Shown here in pieces: positions 1-13,253 of a stretch of 64,000 nucleotides of DNA. The first letter of the stretch is position 1. Each line of letters starts with the position of its first letter. Origin of the DNA: Mytilus trossulus (lineage: Eukaryota). The notes beneath the pieces are model-generated. The model saw only the letters and a list, made by a program, of their open reading frames with translations. It was not told the origin of the DNA and searched no databases. The DNA lies in assembly GCF_036588685.1 (NCBI RefSeq), contig NC_086373.1, positions 77,190,001-77,254,000 on the forward strand, given 5' to 3'. Both the position numbers and the translations under genes were made by a program.

Positions 1-805
1 ATATTTCATATTGTAACTTATAGCTGGTAATTTATGTGTCATTTGGTCTGTTGTGGCGAGTTGTTTCGTCGTACCACATCTTCTTTTTTTTATATTTCAT
101 GCATGGACTCGATTATGTTTATCAGCATATCTGTGTGTTTTCGTCGAGCCTCTTTCTAATTGTCCATATCGAGGTGACGAAGACTGTCGACGGTCATTCA
201 ATCAGATATAAACATAAACATTGATATATATATATAGATAACAAACACGTGCAATTTGATGTCTGGTCTGTTTCATTTCATATAAAAGGTTAAAGCAATA
301 TGTTGATCATCGTTCTTACCTACATGTATACGAATTTTTTTGGGTTTTTTTGTTGGTTTTTTTGTTTATCAAATCAGTCAACCAAATGATTAACCCTGTT
401 TCGTTTTCAATATTGACATTTTTTCCTTAAAATAGCTGAACACGCCTAATTAATACGTATCCAATCTCGATAGCTAAAGGGTTGGATTAATAATCATATA
501 AATACGAATTAAATTCACTTGCAAGTAAAATATTCATCATGAAGTTCTTAGCTTCTTTTGACAATATTGAATCAATTCAAACTTCCTGAAAATCCAATTA
601 ATATTTAACTTTCAATAATGATTGCACAAAAAACATATTTTATATATTTAATCTCGTAGATAATGCATCTTTAACATCAGACTTCTCTGGGAAAAAAGAC
701 GTCCAAGAAAAGCTACAGCTACACTGCTTTAATAATGTACAAAAGTTAGAAACGTTTGACAGTCAATGAGATAATTATCTACTAAAAACCGAGGAACATA
801 CATAT

Positions 806-1150
806 TGGGATCCCGCTAACATTTTAACCGTTAACCCCGCCACATTATTTATAAATGTGCCTGTCTCAAGTCAGGAGACTGTAATTCAGTGGTTGTCGTT
901 TGTTTTATGTGTTACATATTTATTTTTCGTTTATTTTTTTATATAAATAAAGCCGTTATTTTTCTCGTTTGAATCGTTTTCCATTGTCATATCGGGGCCT
1001 TTTGTAGCTGACTATGCGGTATGGGCTTTGCTCATTGTTGAAGGCCGTACGGTGACCTATAATAGTTGTTAATGTCTGTGTCATTTATGTCTCTTGTAGA
1101 CAGTTGTCTCATTGGTAATCATACCACGTCTTCTTCTTTTTTATATATAT
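806..1150. repeat. Abundant short interspersed repeat (family A)
   Basis: Near-identical to 13254-13620 (opposite orientation), 40480-40858 and 47515-47725; core ctcattgttgaaggccgtacggtgacctat..gttgtctcattggcaatcataccacatctt. Many shorter fragments elsewhere (about 1-90, 15590, 15960, 20120, 28740, 29710, 42170, 59690). Confidence 0.8.
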
Positions 1151-2676
1151 AAGCGACCAAATGACCCCCGATCATGTGTTCAACAAAAGGAAAAGGCTAA
1201 TGTGCCTAGGACGGTCTGTCGTAAAAGACCCTTTCCCAGGATATGTTCTTCCTAGATCATCAATTTCATTCAAAGACGGCCGAACTAACACAGTTAAATA
1301 TTTTGAACTTTCACCTGATTTCATTTTATAATAGAAATGCAAAAAAAACAAAAATACATTTAAAGTAATAAGTAATAATTGCAAGATCCAATATCTTTAC
1401 CAAAACTCGAACCCCATCAAAACAGAGATGATCTCATGTGCTCCTTTTATATTAAAATTGAAAAAATCGAGTACTTTGGTTACTTTGTATTCACGAAAAT
1501 AATGATCAAGAAGTTCATTTCACCTAAACACGTGCCTTCACCAAAATCGCATGAATCTATTTTGTAAGTTGATATCTAAGTTATTTTCATAGTACATTTT
1601 TTCATTGTTGAACAATGATTTTACTGATTCTTACAATCCATGGAAACATTTTGCTATGTGTATCTATGGTGTTTGTCTGACAGTGTTAGTTCTCACTATT
1701 ATTTGAATAAATAAAATTTAGAAATTCGTATCTTATCACTTATTTATTCATCAAGGATATATTATATGCTCTGTAAGAAATTGTTGAATTAATTGGCACA
1801 TATTGAAGTACTCTAAAGATAAGATTACAATGTTGACAGACGAGAGGCATGTTTTCAAGATCTCGTGATTAGACAAACTATTTTCATTTATATGTTTGAG
1901 ATTCTCGTACAGTTTTATAAGATTGAAATCAGTTTAATGACATTAGTAGATTTTAATTCTCATACTTTGTTCATGTATATTATTTTTGCGATTTTCGTGC
2001 AATTCCATCAGTATATGAGATGCATGTAGGTTTTAAAACTCAAATGGGTTCCCTATTTGCCAAGAAAATTACTAAACAGTTACTTTTAACTATAAATAGT
2101 ATTTTTTTAATCATATTGTCAAATACAAGCATAACAGGGGGAATATTTCACATTAATTAGACCTCTGACATATGCATAATGTGGTGTAAACAATTCGGGT
2201 CTTTCAAGATGCTCAATCTTTTCATTGTTGTCTAATCAAAATAACTTAATTCAAGACAGACTTTGTTCAAGAATTTAGAAGTTAAGAATGAATCACAGGT
2301 ACATACATGACCTGTAACCGTCTTCAAACACACAAATCACGCCACATACTATCCTACCAAAACTGAAAGTAGTAGGGGACGATAATTGTATTATTCGGGT
2401 AGGTGGGGGAGGGTTACAGGATTTTTTTAAGATTGACCATTATGTGTAGTTTCATTTAGTTTCATCTGATGCTTATCATGCTTATTCATTATTTTTTTCA
2501 TTTTCACTTTTGAAGTTTTGTACACAACTGTTTTCTTCATGCAGATTTTTTATTTTATACTAGGTTTATGTCAAGTTATTCATTGAGCTATCACTAGGCG
2601 AGAATATTCATTTAAACCCCCCCCCCCCCACACACACAAGAAAATCAATGGTCGTTCCCTAATGAATTACGCTTAC

Positions 2677-3171
2677 CTTAGCTTCTCGGAATGCACCTAG
2701 GGTGTAGGTACCGCCTCCTTTATATCTTATATTAGGTAAATCATCATCAATTAAGGTACACTTGTGTTTTTCCTGCGGTTGTGGTGTTATATAATCTATC
2801 TGTCTCAGTACAAACCTCCGTGAGGAAAACGTTATCACAGCTATCTTTGTATGATTATTGTCCACTACAAAATCAGCTAATAGTTTCCGAACAAATTTTA
2901 ATTCATTACCAAAATTACTTTTTCCTACACTAGCCGAACTATCGACCAAGAAAATGAGATCAACCTTCGTTTCTGATGTTTTGCGAAGTAGATGTATATG
3001 TTTCTTCAACGCGGATCCTAACACTTCCACTTTGTCCTTCGAAGTTTGGTCAACGACTTTGTGTGAAGGTCCGAACGTCTCATGGTCCTCAAAATGGCCA
3101 TAACTAACTGTCCGATGGAATAGTAAAATAAACAGAAGAAATCGACATTGATTTATGAATTCCCAGTTCAT
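2677..3171 (-). CDS. SVEP1: First coding exon of SVEP1/polydom-like protein (signal peptide + N-terminal part of vWA domain); gene continues beyond the left edge
   Basis: ATG at 3171, hydrophobic signal-like segment FLLFILLF, vWA MIDAS motif LIFLVDSSASVG, then NFGNELKFVRKLL..IAVITFSS..HKC..I.YKGGGTYT.GAF, matching the vertebrate SVEP1 N-terminus as recalled. Phase-0 donor AAG|GTAAGC at 2677/2676. No downstream exon identified in 1-2676. Confidence 0.88.
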
Positions 3172-4678
3172 GTCTGTGAAGTCTATTAGAAATGGACTTT
3201 ATCAATCAACAATTTGTTTTGATAACAGGGAAATATGATCCCTATAAACACATTGACGTCACTTTCCCACTGACAATGTTGAAGTTTTTGCGATTTTTAA
3301 CCCATTATTTAATACCCATTAAAATTCACATATGATTCTCTTCAAATCTTAGACATAAAACTGTACTTTCAACTTTCAATAAAAACGCGTAAACAAAGTT
3401 AATCTTATTTTCTAAAAGTTTTGCATAAAAGTGAGAAAATGCTTCTTATCTTAGAATTCCTCAACCAGTTATATATGCGCATAACTTAAAGGATTTATTT
3501 TACTTTGATCAAATGCATTCTACATTTTATTCAAAAATGAAAAGCAAAGACATGTTGATATATTTTGCTGTGTATTTCAACTTCCAAAATGTCAGTAAAC
3601 TAAAAAGTTAATATATTGTGGTTTGGGCATGGGGTTACAAAATTGGTATTAGCTATCTGTTGTTAAAACATACTTATAGCAGCTGTTTGTCATTGACTGT
3701 TTTCTGTTTTTCACTAAATAATAATGAAATTTGTTCTTTCCTTATTATTCCCGAATTCCTGCTGATTCATTTCACCTTTTAATAAACCGACAATTAAGGA
3801 AAATCATTTTGTTTATGGCAGTCAATTGAAAAGGGGCTTTTATGGTATTTGCTTGTTGGAATTGAAAAAAAATGATTAATACTTTATTCTCTAAACCTGT
3901 GTATGCCTGTATATTCAATTATAATGTATATAGCTTTGTAACTTTAGTACATATAGGAATTTAACATGTGATGTTCTTCGGACTTTATAGCAAGCAATAA
4001 AAATTTAATTGACCACATATGCCAAGTTTACAATTCAGTTTGGGGTAATGCTGAACAATAGCCATACGGAAAAAAAGTGATCTCAACATCTGTGCATATA
4101 TAAGAAATTATTATACAAATAGAGTGTTGTGACTTAAACATGTTAAAGTCCAATTATAAATGATGCATGCATTAATATTCAACAACAGCATTGTTTGAGG
4201 GGATTTTCTGAAAATTAATTTGAGGAATTTAGCCTCCTCTGTTTGGTAGGCACAAGAATTTTGCATTACGACAATCGACCTATGGAGCCTTACAAAGGCT
4301 TTCAAACATCTGTCACACTGGACTTTGTGTGCATGGTAAATACATTTACACCAGTTTCATTGTTGTTAAATGAATGCAACTGTTCATTTCCAATTATATG
4401 GTAATTTAGACAAGTATAAATATTCGGTGATAAGTCTGGGGTGATGTTCTCGAAGCTATCTTAGGATTAGGACGTGTCCGAAGTCTATCTTATGACAAGT
4501 CTTTGTCCTGAGTCGTGTTCTCGAAGCTCTCTTAACTTGCGATATATCTCATTTTTCGTCCTAATTTTAGGACACCCAATAAGGTGTCTTAAGAGCATCA
4601 TATCTTCATCCTAGCATAATAAAGTTTGGATTTCGCTTTTTGCTCATTATTTTATTGTTTTCTGTCAATTTCATTAGT

Positions 4679-4850
4679 ATAGAGATAACAATATTGTATT
4701 TTAAGCTCCGACGGCATCAATTGGGGATTTGATGGTCGCAAATACCCGTTTATTGTCTCCGCTAACGCGTCGCCAGTAAAGTTAATTTGTGACAATCAAA
4801 TCCACAATTGATGCCATCGGAGCTAAAAATACAATACAGTAGTCTCCTAA
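4679..4850. mobile_element. Palindromic (hairpin) MITE-like element
   Basis: Arm tattgtattttaagctccgacggcatcaattggggatttgat pairs with atcaaatccacaattgatgccatcggagctaaaaatacaata around a central cgctaacgcg. Confidence 0.65.
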
Positions 4851-4990
4851 ATGTACATTGCTTTAAAAACAACCACTGCCATTTACATAACTCAGACTAT
4901 AGCGCTACCTTAACTTTTACTCTAATATGTTTATTCATACATACAAACAAATAACATAACAAATGATATAATCCGAAATAAATGAAAGCA

Positions 4991-7900
4991 TTAATGAGTT
5001 TCTCCAGTAGGCGTAACCCGTACAAATGTATGTCCTGTATGAGTTTCTGGCTGTTTCCTATTTCCATTAAAGTTATCAATGCGATGTGAACTATCGGTTG
5101 GTGGATTGTTAACAGGGGGCATTTCCGGTCCCTTGAATCGATGTGACCTGTCGGTTGGTGGATGGTTAACAGGAGGCATTTCCGGTCCGTCGAATGGGGT
5201 ATCTACTCCTGTAGTCACTGGTTCCCTGTTCGAGTTTTCTTTGTCGCTATAATTTTGTGATTCTACATCGTTGTCATGGTAAACGTCACTGTAACCACCT
5301 AGTGTTCCAGCCATCGACTCAATTTCTCTGATCATTTGTGTTGTCTGTGGAAACGAAAATGTTAAGTTAGTTACAGAAAAACTCAGATGTCTGAATAATT
5401 TCTTTGACATAATTAATTAAAAAGATTGAATAGAGTTCTGAACAGATTTTCTACCACTGTAGCCTTGTTTGGTTTGTTTTATTTCTTTTCTGTTATGCAT
5501 ATGTACACTTTTAAAATTAACAAAAACAATACATGTACGTGATTTATGTGCGTGTAACCACACAGCAGTTGAAAACAGACAAAAATCAAGGATTATGACA
5601 TGTAGGTTTTAGTGATTTTGTCAAGTTGGAAATGTCACAGCAACGGTGCAAGTTATAGAGTTATTTCATGGAAATTGCTTTTATTTGTTTCTAGAAAATA
5701 ATTGAACAAATTAAACCTAATGTGAAACTAATATTTTGTAAAAATTCACATTCCGAATCAATATTAAATTTTTGTAGTTTATAATTTGATATACATATGT
5801 AATGTCTTATCAGCGCTATACAACGCTACGATATGATTTCAGAACGATTTAGTTACACGTCCCCAAATTATTGTATACTCGGCTTTGTACATACCCAGAC
5901 ATAAAAAGCAGTGCCAAGTGGACTCACGGTCTTGATAAAGTCCAAGGAATACTGGTCGGTATATTTTTTGGCATCAAGTGCGAATTCAAGTGGACACATT
6001 GAAGGATCAAATCTTGCCATCTTATTTTGGATAGAGTCATTGTCCATTTTCCATAAAATACCTTGGGTAGTCGACCAATCCTAAATAGAAAAAAAATTGT
6101 TACAGGGCATTTTATACGCAACCATGAACACATAGTTACCTTGACCATGTTCATTTTTTTGAATTGTAAACTAACGAACAATTAGAGGGTGTAGTGTTGC
6201 CAATCTTATATAATCCTTATTAAAAACTAAATGTGCAAACATTGTTTTTATCTTCATAAAATTGAGAATGGAAATGGGGAACGTGTCAAAGAGACAGCAA
6301 CCCGACTAAAGAATAAGAAAGGGCCGAATGCCACTAATGGGTCTTCAACACAACGAGAAGATCCCGCAACAGGAGGTGTGCTTCAGCTGCACAGATGTAT
6401 TTCTTTGCAGATATTACCTTCCATCTCTTTTCATACTTCTTCGTTTTCCGTCTGCTTTTCGATTTTCGATTTGATCAAGACTTGTGCTCTATCTATCTTT
6501 TTATATTTATATTGAATGTACATGTATTAAAATAAATTGTTAAAATGCTTAGTAACAAATTTCTATACTACTAGTACTTAAAAAGAGTCCAATTTGTTGA
6601 CCGGGATGACGTAACAACGACGAATCAAACTGCGGCATACAATTCAGGAGCACCTGCGTTCGTTCTCCTCAGGTGTTTTGTCGGGTTCGTGTTGCTTAAT
6701 CTTTAGTTTTCCGTACTATGTTTAGTGATTTGATGCTTATTTGTGTTTTTACCTATGGTCATGGTGTTGTCTTTTTATTTTCGATTTAAGAATTTCATTT
6801 GATCCCTCGGTATCTCCTCAAAATATTTTAGTCATTCAAGTACATGTACATAATATATATGTATACATATAAATGCATATTTTGTGTGATTTTTATACAT
6901 CCTGTACTGATTTAGTGTCATCATAAATGGATACCCCATATCGCTTGGTTTTCTGTCATATTTCTATTGATACTTTTGGCAAACCAGAACGCTTCAAATC
7001 TTACCTCTACAACATATGACGGGAATCCCAGTAAGACCAGTGTTGCCATTAGCGAGTGTTTTACAGGTTTGGGTGGGTTGGCATACTTTCTACCTTCCCC
7101 TATAGCCTTGCCGTCAGCATCCATGATAGTCTCTCTTATTCTATGTATCATTTTAAGTCTGTTTAGTAATCGCTTTGCATGCATGACTTCAAACTGAAGT
7201 GACCCATCGACGTCAGCTATCTGAGCCAATGCAATCCCTCTCTCTACATCTTGTATGTTTCTAGATTCATAGGCATCAAGAAGCACTAGTAGGTGAAGAT
7301 TGAAAAATATATTAAATTGTATATATTTATATAAATGAACACGCAGTATTTTAGAAATCTTAATATTTTTGTTCTGATCCAAACATCACTCTTATTTCAT
7401 TAAATCGACTAATTTGAGCGCTAACTTGTGTCTTTTCGTAAACAATTTCAACTGCCAAAACAAATGTGACCAAGCTCTGAAAGTCTTTTATGGAAGCCAA
7501 AAGGAAGACCATCCATCATCTATTATATAAATCAAAGTATATAATGAACAATATTAAAATTCATATTAGGAACTACATTTAACATATGCATCTTATTTTA
7601 TAAAAGCTATTAAAAGAATCTCTCAAAAAATAAAAAAATCCAAAACAAAAACCACGATGTTTACTTGGAAAATGTGATAGTAAGTTTATGATTTGTGAAA
7701 TAAAAGAATTTATTCTTGAAAATGGCTGTTAAAGATTTATAACTTACCTTGCCTTGCTTCAAGTTTCTTAGCCATTCGTTTGACATTTATTAACATAGAG
7801 TCGTCGATATCTGGGTTCTGATCTTCGTATTTGTATATTAGATTATTCAGAACTTCCGGGTCTTTATAGTATTCTGCCTCCCTCATTTTCTTTCTCATAT

Positions 7901-10900
7901 ACTCTTTTCGTTTTTCTGAAGTTAATAAAATGTGTTTTTATTCATTCAGTGTATATTGTATACTTTAGTCCATTCGATTAGTCATTGCAACCGTTGATTG
8001 TATCCAATCTAAGAAGATCATGTATTGTTTATGTATGGTTTTGAAAATTTTGCTCAAAATAGTTTTGATGCCAGTTCGTTTTGACCTAAGCTTTAGTTGT
8101 TAAAGTGTTTGATGTTCACATATAAAGGAAACAATAGAAATACATCTACCGCTTTTACTTCAAAATTACGAATTTCCAGCTCCTCAATTACCACAGTACT
8201 TCCTTAGCTAACAGAATCATTCGCTTTGCTGCCGGTTGTGATTTCACTTAATTAAATCCTCAAAAGTCTACCTATTTGGCCCAAAAATTGCTAAATGTCA
8301 TCCCCACGTGCTGCCAAGTTACTTTGATGCCGATCATCAAGTTTCGCCATTTAAAGTCAAAATCAGTTAACTCGCAGTTTTGGTTTTCAAGTCATTATTC
8401 AAGAGCTTACACATCAAGCATCCATGTCAAGTCTTCTTTACTTTTGTACTATATTTAATCAGAACAATGAATAAAATCAAATGTAAGATATACGTCAATG
8501 AAACAACAGCCAGTAAGATTTGGATGTTGTTTTATCTTTCTGAACCCCACACTTTGTAATCTCAATTTTATTAAAGGGGGGGTGTCATTGAACATCATGA
8601 TTAGGCTGAATTATTGGTTGTAAAAAATCTCAAACTTTAGCGAAAATACAAAAATAAAACAGTTTGCAGATTCTTCATTGTGGTTTATCATAATTAATAG
8701 CTTACCGTTTATGTCATCTTGGTCTAGATCCGGTGTTTTGGAGTAGAGAGGAAAGTCCTCCTCCATCACATCTTCATTAGAACTTTCCTCTGTGGCGGTA
8801 GTTATAAAATATTTGTTAATTGTTTTGATGAGGTTTCCATCATTTCTCTGAAATACGTTCACTGCACAGTAATTGACATCTGGTACTGTAACTTTGAACA
8901 AAACCTCGTCATCAACAATGACTTTTTCAATGGCACTTGTTTTCTGAGGACCATTTCCTTGATTTGTATCTAAATAAGCAACTAATTCATATGGAGATTC
9001 CGGGTAAGGTAGGTACACTTCTTTTTCTATTGCCTCTATTGTCTCAATGGGAATTATATGTTTTCCATGCCAAAATCCTTTATTGTCCCCAATTGCTAAA
9101 CGTGGAGAGAAAACACTATCACCAATACTGCCCGTTGAGTGAATCAATGAAGTATATACAGTGTACAGCTTGGTTATATCATTGTCCTTGTGTGTGTAAA
9201 CAGAGAAGAAATATTCTCCGGCAACTGGTAATATATAATGGACGCTTTCTATTCCATGTTCATTTTTTATAATCAAATTCACCCGCTTCATGGCCTCGGG
9301 ATCATTTGAGTGTATTTCATACATTAAAGAATCACTCATCATCTCGGAACAGAAATGTATTTTACCCCTTCCCTTACCAGCGGTAGCAATTCCATTTTCT
9401 TTATCTAGAACTCTAATACCCAAACTTTTTGCCAAAACCGCTTCACCCAGCATAGTTTGACTAAGAATCGGAAACGGTTCGTCGTTCGGCTTCTTACATC
9501 TGCACCGAATGAGATAATTCAATAGATTAGACTTGCCTGGTTCTGTTGTCTTTCCGTACAGTTTCATTGCGTAATAACCATCTTTAGGTAGCCTTAAATT
9601 TAAAATGTACTCGCCGTCATGCCAACGTAGTGTAGAATATTGAGACAATGTTCCTTCGTCCAATATTCTGTGTTTTAACCTCACATTTAAGTTTAAATTC
9701 TTTTGACCCTGGAATTTTAGCTCCAAGTGTCCATTGTCTGTACTAATTTTAGACAATTTATGACTAATTGGTTTTAAACCAACCTTGTCTGATTGTTTGT
9801 TCTGACCCCAGCCAAGTTCCGGGTGATCCGGAAGCGGGATCTCTATTCTTGGCGGCATTGGACTGTATACTATGTAAGAACATATGAGGTCAAATTCTCT
9901 CACTGCTCGAAACAAAGGATTTTTAGCAAAAAGATCTAATCTGAATTGACCATATACAGGAATATTGATATCTATCTCTAGAATGTCACCTTTAACCTCC
10001 CATTCGACACAATGTTCCAATGATCCGTCGTCGTCTTCTTTACAAAATGCGGTCGACTTTGATCGATAAAAATTATATCTGAACCCAAGTTTTGCTGCCC
10101 AACGCCGTGGAAGCTTCAAATCTAAGGAAACTTTTCCTTGTTTTGTTTTGTGTTTGCACTGAACGTTGTGTTTTCCTTCGAATCCAATTCCGAGTTCATA
10201 CAATCTTTCTCTGACATAAACTCTTTTCTCAAATTCAAGAAACGGTAGTTGTTTTTCAACAAGTTGCCAGTCTTCGTCGTCAGGTAAATGTGTCCAAAGA
10301 AGGTCACGTGGATCAGTCAGGAAATAACAGTCATCGGCATCTTCAGTATGTTTCATTTGTTTGAATTTTTTCATATCTAATTTCTTTCGTTTTACTTTCG
10401 GCTTGACTGTTTCACTTTTATTTTGTTCAGAATTATCTTTGTTGCTTTTGATATCACCATTTTCCAGTCTATTTTCCGTACGGTTGTCCTCTGGGCCTTT
10501 GTCAGGTACCATTTCTTTTCCGTTTACAAGGAAAGGTACAGGAGATTTAACATCCATTTCGTCATCTTGGTTTTTATCATAACTGTTCTTATTTATAGCA
10601 ATCTTTTTCGCCTCGCCTGAGTTCAATTCAACACAAGTGGATGCCCAAAACAAATCTACAAGCCGCCATTCACCATCGATTAAAACGGCATTCCATTGTG
10701 CCTTTGTTCTTCTTTTGTTAATTTTTTCACCAATCTTAAACGCTGAGCTTTTTGCAATACCGTCAATGATAACGCATGGTACGTCTGCCAACCTGGAATA
10801 CATCTTACTTTCAGAAGAATCGGGAAAATGTCAAAAACTTCACAAATAAAGATATCAAAGAATCTAAGTAATACACGTTCAAGATTTAATATTTTTTTTC

Positions 10901-12878
10901 AACTTGTAATTAAAATGCTATTTAGCGCTATGCATTCATGAAGTAGATAGACAGTTTTGTTACAATGCCGCAAATTTTATTTGATAAAGTTAATGCCGAC
11001 ATAGATTTTGTACGAACGTACTTCCCTGAACCAGCAAAATATTATAAACATACAAAACTTCAAATATAATTGTTATCTCTTTCTTGATCATTTTTTTTAA
11101 TCTCACTTTTTTTTTTGCATTATTAATTCGGTTACATTAGAATCGTTGGTTTAAATAAAATCACTCGAATATTTAGTACTAGAAGAATACTTACTGGCAT
11201 AAAACATAGAAAAGATTGGCATAGTTTCCCATATCACACTGTATTTTAGAGAAATATTCCAACGGTGAGTTAGGTGGTGGGATGAAGTCGATGGGTAAAC
11301 TTTTTATATTGTATGAAGTGATCCATTTGTAAATAGAGCGTACTTTCCACAGATCCTCCCATGTATCGTCATCTGTTAAATATTTTACCAGATCCCAATA
11401 AGACTTTAGCAATAATTCATTCGGTGCCTGTTTACAAAGAAGAAAACTATATTGTTTGGCTTTATTTATATCTCATCTTATATTGAATATCATAGATTAT
11501 AAAATATTGTTACCGAAATTTAAAGTGAGCAGGATAACCTTGTCCTGTTGACAATCTTTTTCGGGTTCATATGACTCTTAGTGTTAAATGCCGATTTCAT
11601 CTGAGTTTTTAGAGTTTGATGCTTGACTTTACTCATCTGACATGAATTCTTTCGGGGTTTTTTTCTCGGTAAAGTTGATGCAGATAAATTATTTTGGTGT
11701 AGACAATATCTAAAAACACGAATAAGTAATTACGTTATGACATAGGGGCAACTCGAGGGATTTTTCACTTTTTTAAAGTGATCAGATCAATCTCGGTTTT
11801 AAAAAAAATGTAAATGTTCATCCCTCAACAAATAGTTTTGATTTATGAATAAATACGCCGTCCAGTTAGAACCCATTGCAGTCATAGTTAGATCGTGAAG
11901 CATCAATACATTATTTTTATAATGTATGTATTTTCCTAAAAGAGTTGAATTGAATGGTTATTTTTGTATTGAGCATAATATGTAACTGGTATTTATATAG
12001 TAAATAGAGTATGCTGAGTTGTCTTACATTAAAAGCATGCTCATCAATTATGGTAAAATTCAGATCTTCAATTAATTCTTCCTTGGTTGACTTTGGAGGT
12101 GATGGTGGTGGCGGTTCGCCTCGTTTTAATTTCTTCTTGGGTTTTGGTTTGGTACCAATCAACTGCAGGAAAATAAAACGTCAATAGAATCAAAATGTAT
12201 TTATATTCTATTCCAAGTGTGTCAGTTTTTCAAATTTTAGTATGCATTTTATCGATAATATTTTCTATTTTAAAAAAAGATCATTGAATAATCATCTGAA
12301 CTAAATGACATAGTCATGTATTTTATCGCTGTGTTGAAGATTCGTTGATTTTTTTGTTGTTTTTTTTTTTTTTTTTTTTTTGCTCTTTGATTGGGTTGTT
12401 ATATCTTTGACAAATTCCCGTTTCCATTATTAATTTTATTAAACATTTTGCTGATCCTAGCTTTGACCTCCTATGTTTTCAGAAAGTATAAATCATCGTT
12501 AGTTTAAGATATGATCAAGTGAAAAGGTATGTAATGTTGAGAGCAACAAAAACTCCAGCGAGGTGGCCAGATGTCTTTTCTAGCCGATCAGATCTATTAA
12601 GTATAAAAGTGTATAGAAAGCTTAGAAATAAGATAAAGTATGATCATATATACCTTTTTCGTATTTGGTTTAGAAGTGCCCACATGCTTCTTCAAGATAC
12701 CGTCTTTTGGTTTGGTTTTATCCTCCTTTGTTTTCTTGATCCCGCCATTTTGTGCCCTCGCATTTGTCTTATTTAGTATCTGCTTATTTCTGCCATGCTG
12801 TGGTTTGGTTACAAATTTCACTTTATTTTTAATAACTTGCTGAGATTTATTATCAGGAGATGATGATGAACTCCCCAT
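4991..12878 (-). CDS. Paralog 1: KY/hillarin-like pseudo-transglutaminase, 4 Ig-like repeats, dynein-type MTBD (8 exons, about 1222 aa)
   Basis: Exons with GT-AG boundaries: 12878-12654, 12162-12028, 11427-11195, 10792-8706, 7915-7748, 7285-7005, 6080-5895, 5344-4991; sum 3669 nt, in frame. Starts MGSSSSS. TG-like motifs VRSIYKWIT, YANLFYVLCQLADVPCVIIDG, QWNAVLIDGEWRLVDLFWA, YFLTDP..LLWTHLPDDEDWQL. MTBD-like YANPPKPV..LVLLG..DW..FDP..VSPLGTAFYVW. Confidence 0.85.
6257..6390. repeat. Short interspersed repeat (family B)
   Basis: aaaattgagaatggaaatgggg..gtgtcaaagagaca.caacccgac..atgggtcttcaa; copies at 48080-48225 and, reversed, at about 28490-28575 and 12325-12435. Confidence 0.7.
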
Positions 12879-13253
12879 TATTCCAACCGTAAGTCAAGTC
12901 ACATATTAGTTACATAATTACGTTCGATTTAACACAATAAACGAAGCGGTTTGTCTAATAATAATTGAATATATATTGTAGAATGCACTTTTGCTCTTGT
13001 AACCTGATTAAAAGATTAAAGATTAATCGGTTAAGATGGAATTTGTATATTTCATATGTGCTAGAGGTTTATAATATAAACGGCTTAAGTTTGGCCTATT
13101 TTCATTTATTTATTTTAAAACAATCACAGAATGTATATACTGCATAGCATGTTCTCATTTAGATATTTTCACGTACTTCTGATAACTGAATTTTCTTCAG
13201 ATTTTCCTGGTTTGGTATACAACTTGAAGGACATAACATGTTTATGTTTTACA

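Noticed and set aside
4438-4600. Repeated tgttctcgaagct..cttag blocks suggesting a Harbinger-like MITE end
   Set aside because: Only one terminus is visible; no matching TIR or TSD found.
6415-6500. Purine-rich minus-strand stretch ending in AG|GTAATA in intron 6 of paralog 1 (possible cassette exon)
   Set aside because: No polypyrimidine acceptor, and inclusion would shift the frame or stop within the MTBD.
8937-10849. Many short plus-strand ORFs overlapping the large exons (also 17825, 22670, 34639-35582, 50282-52383)
   Set aside because: Antisense shadows of real minus-strand coding sequence.
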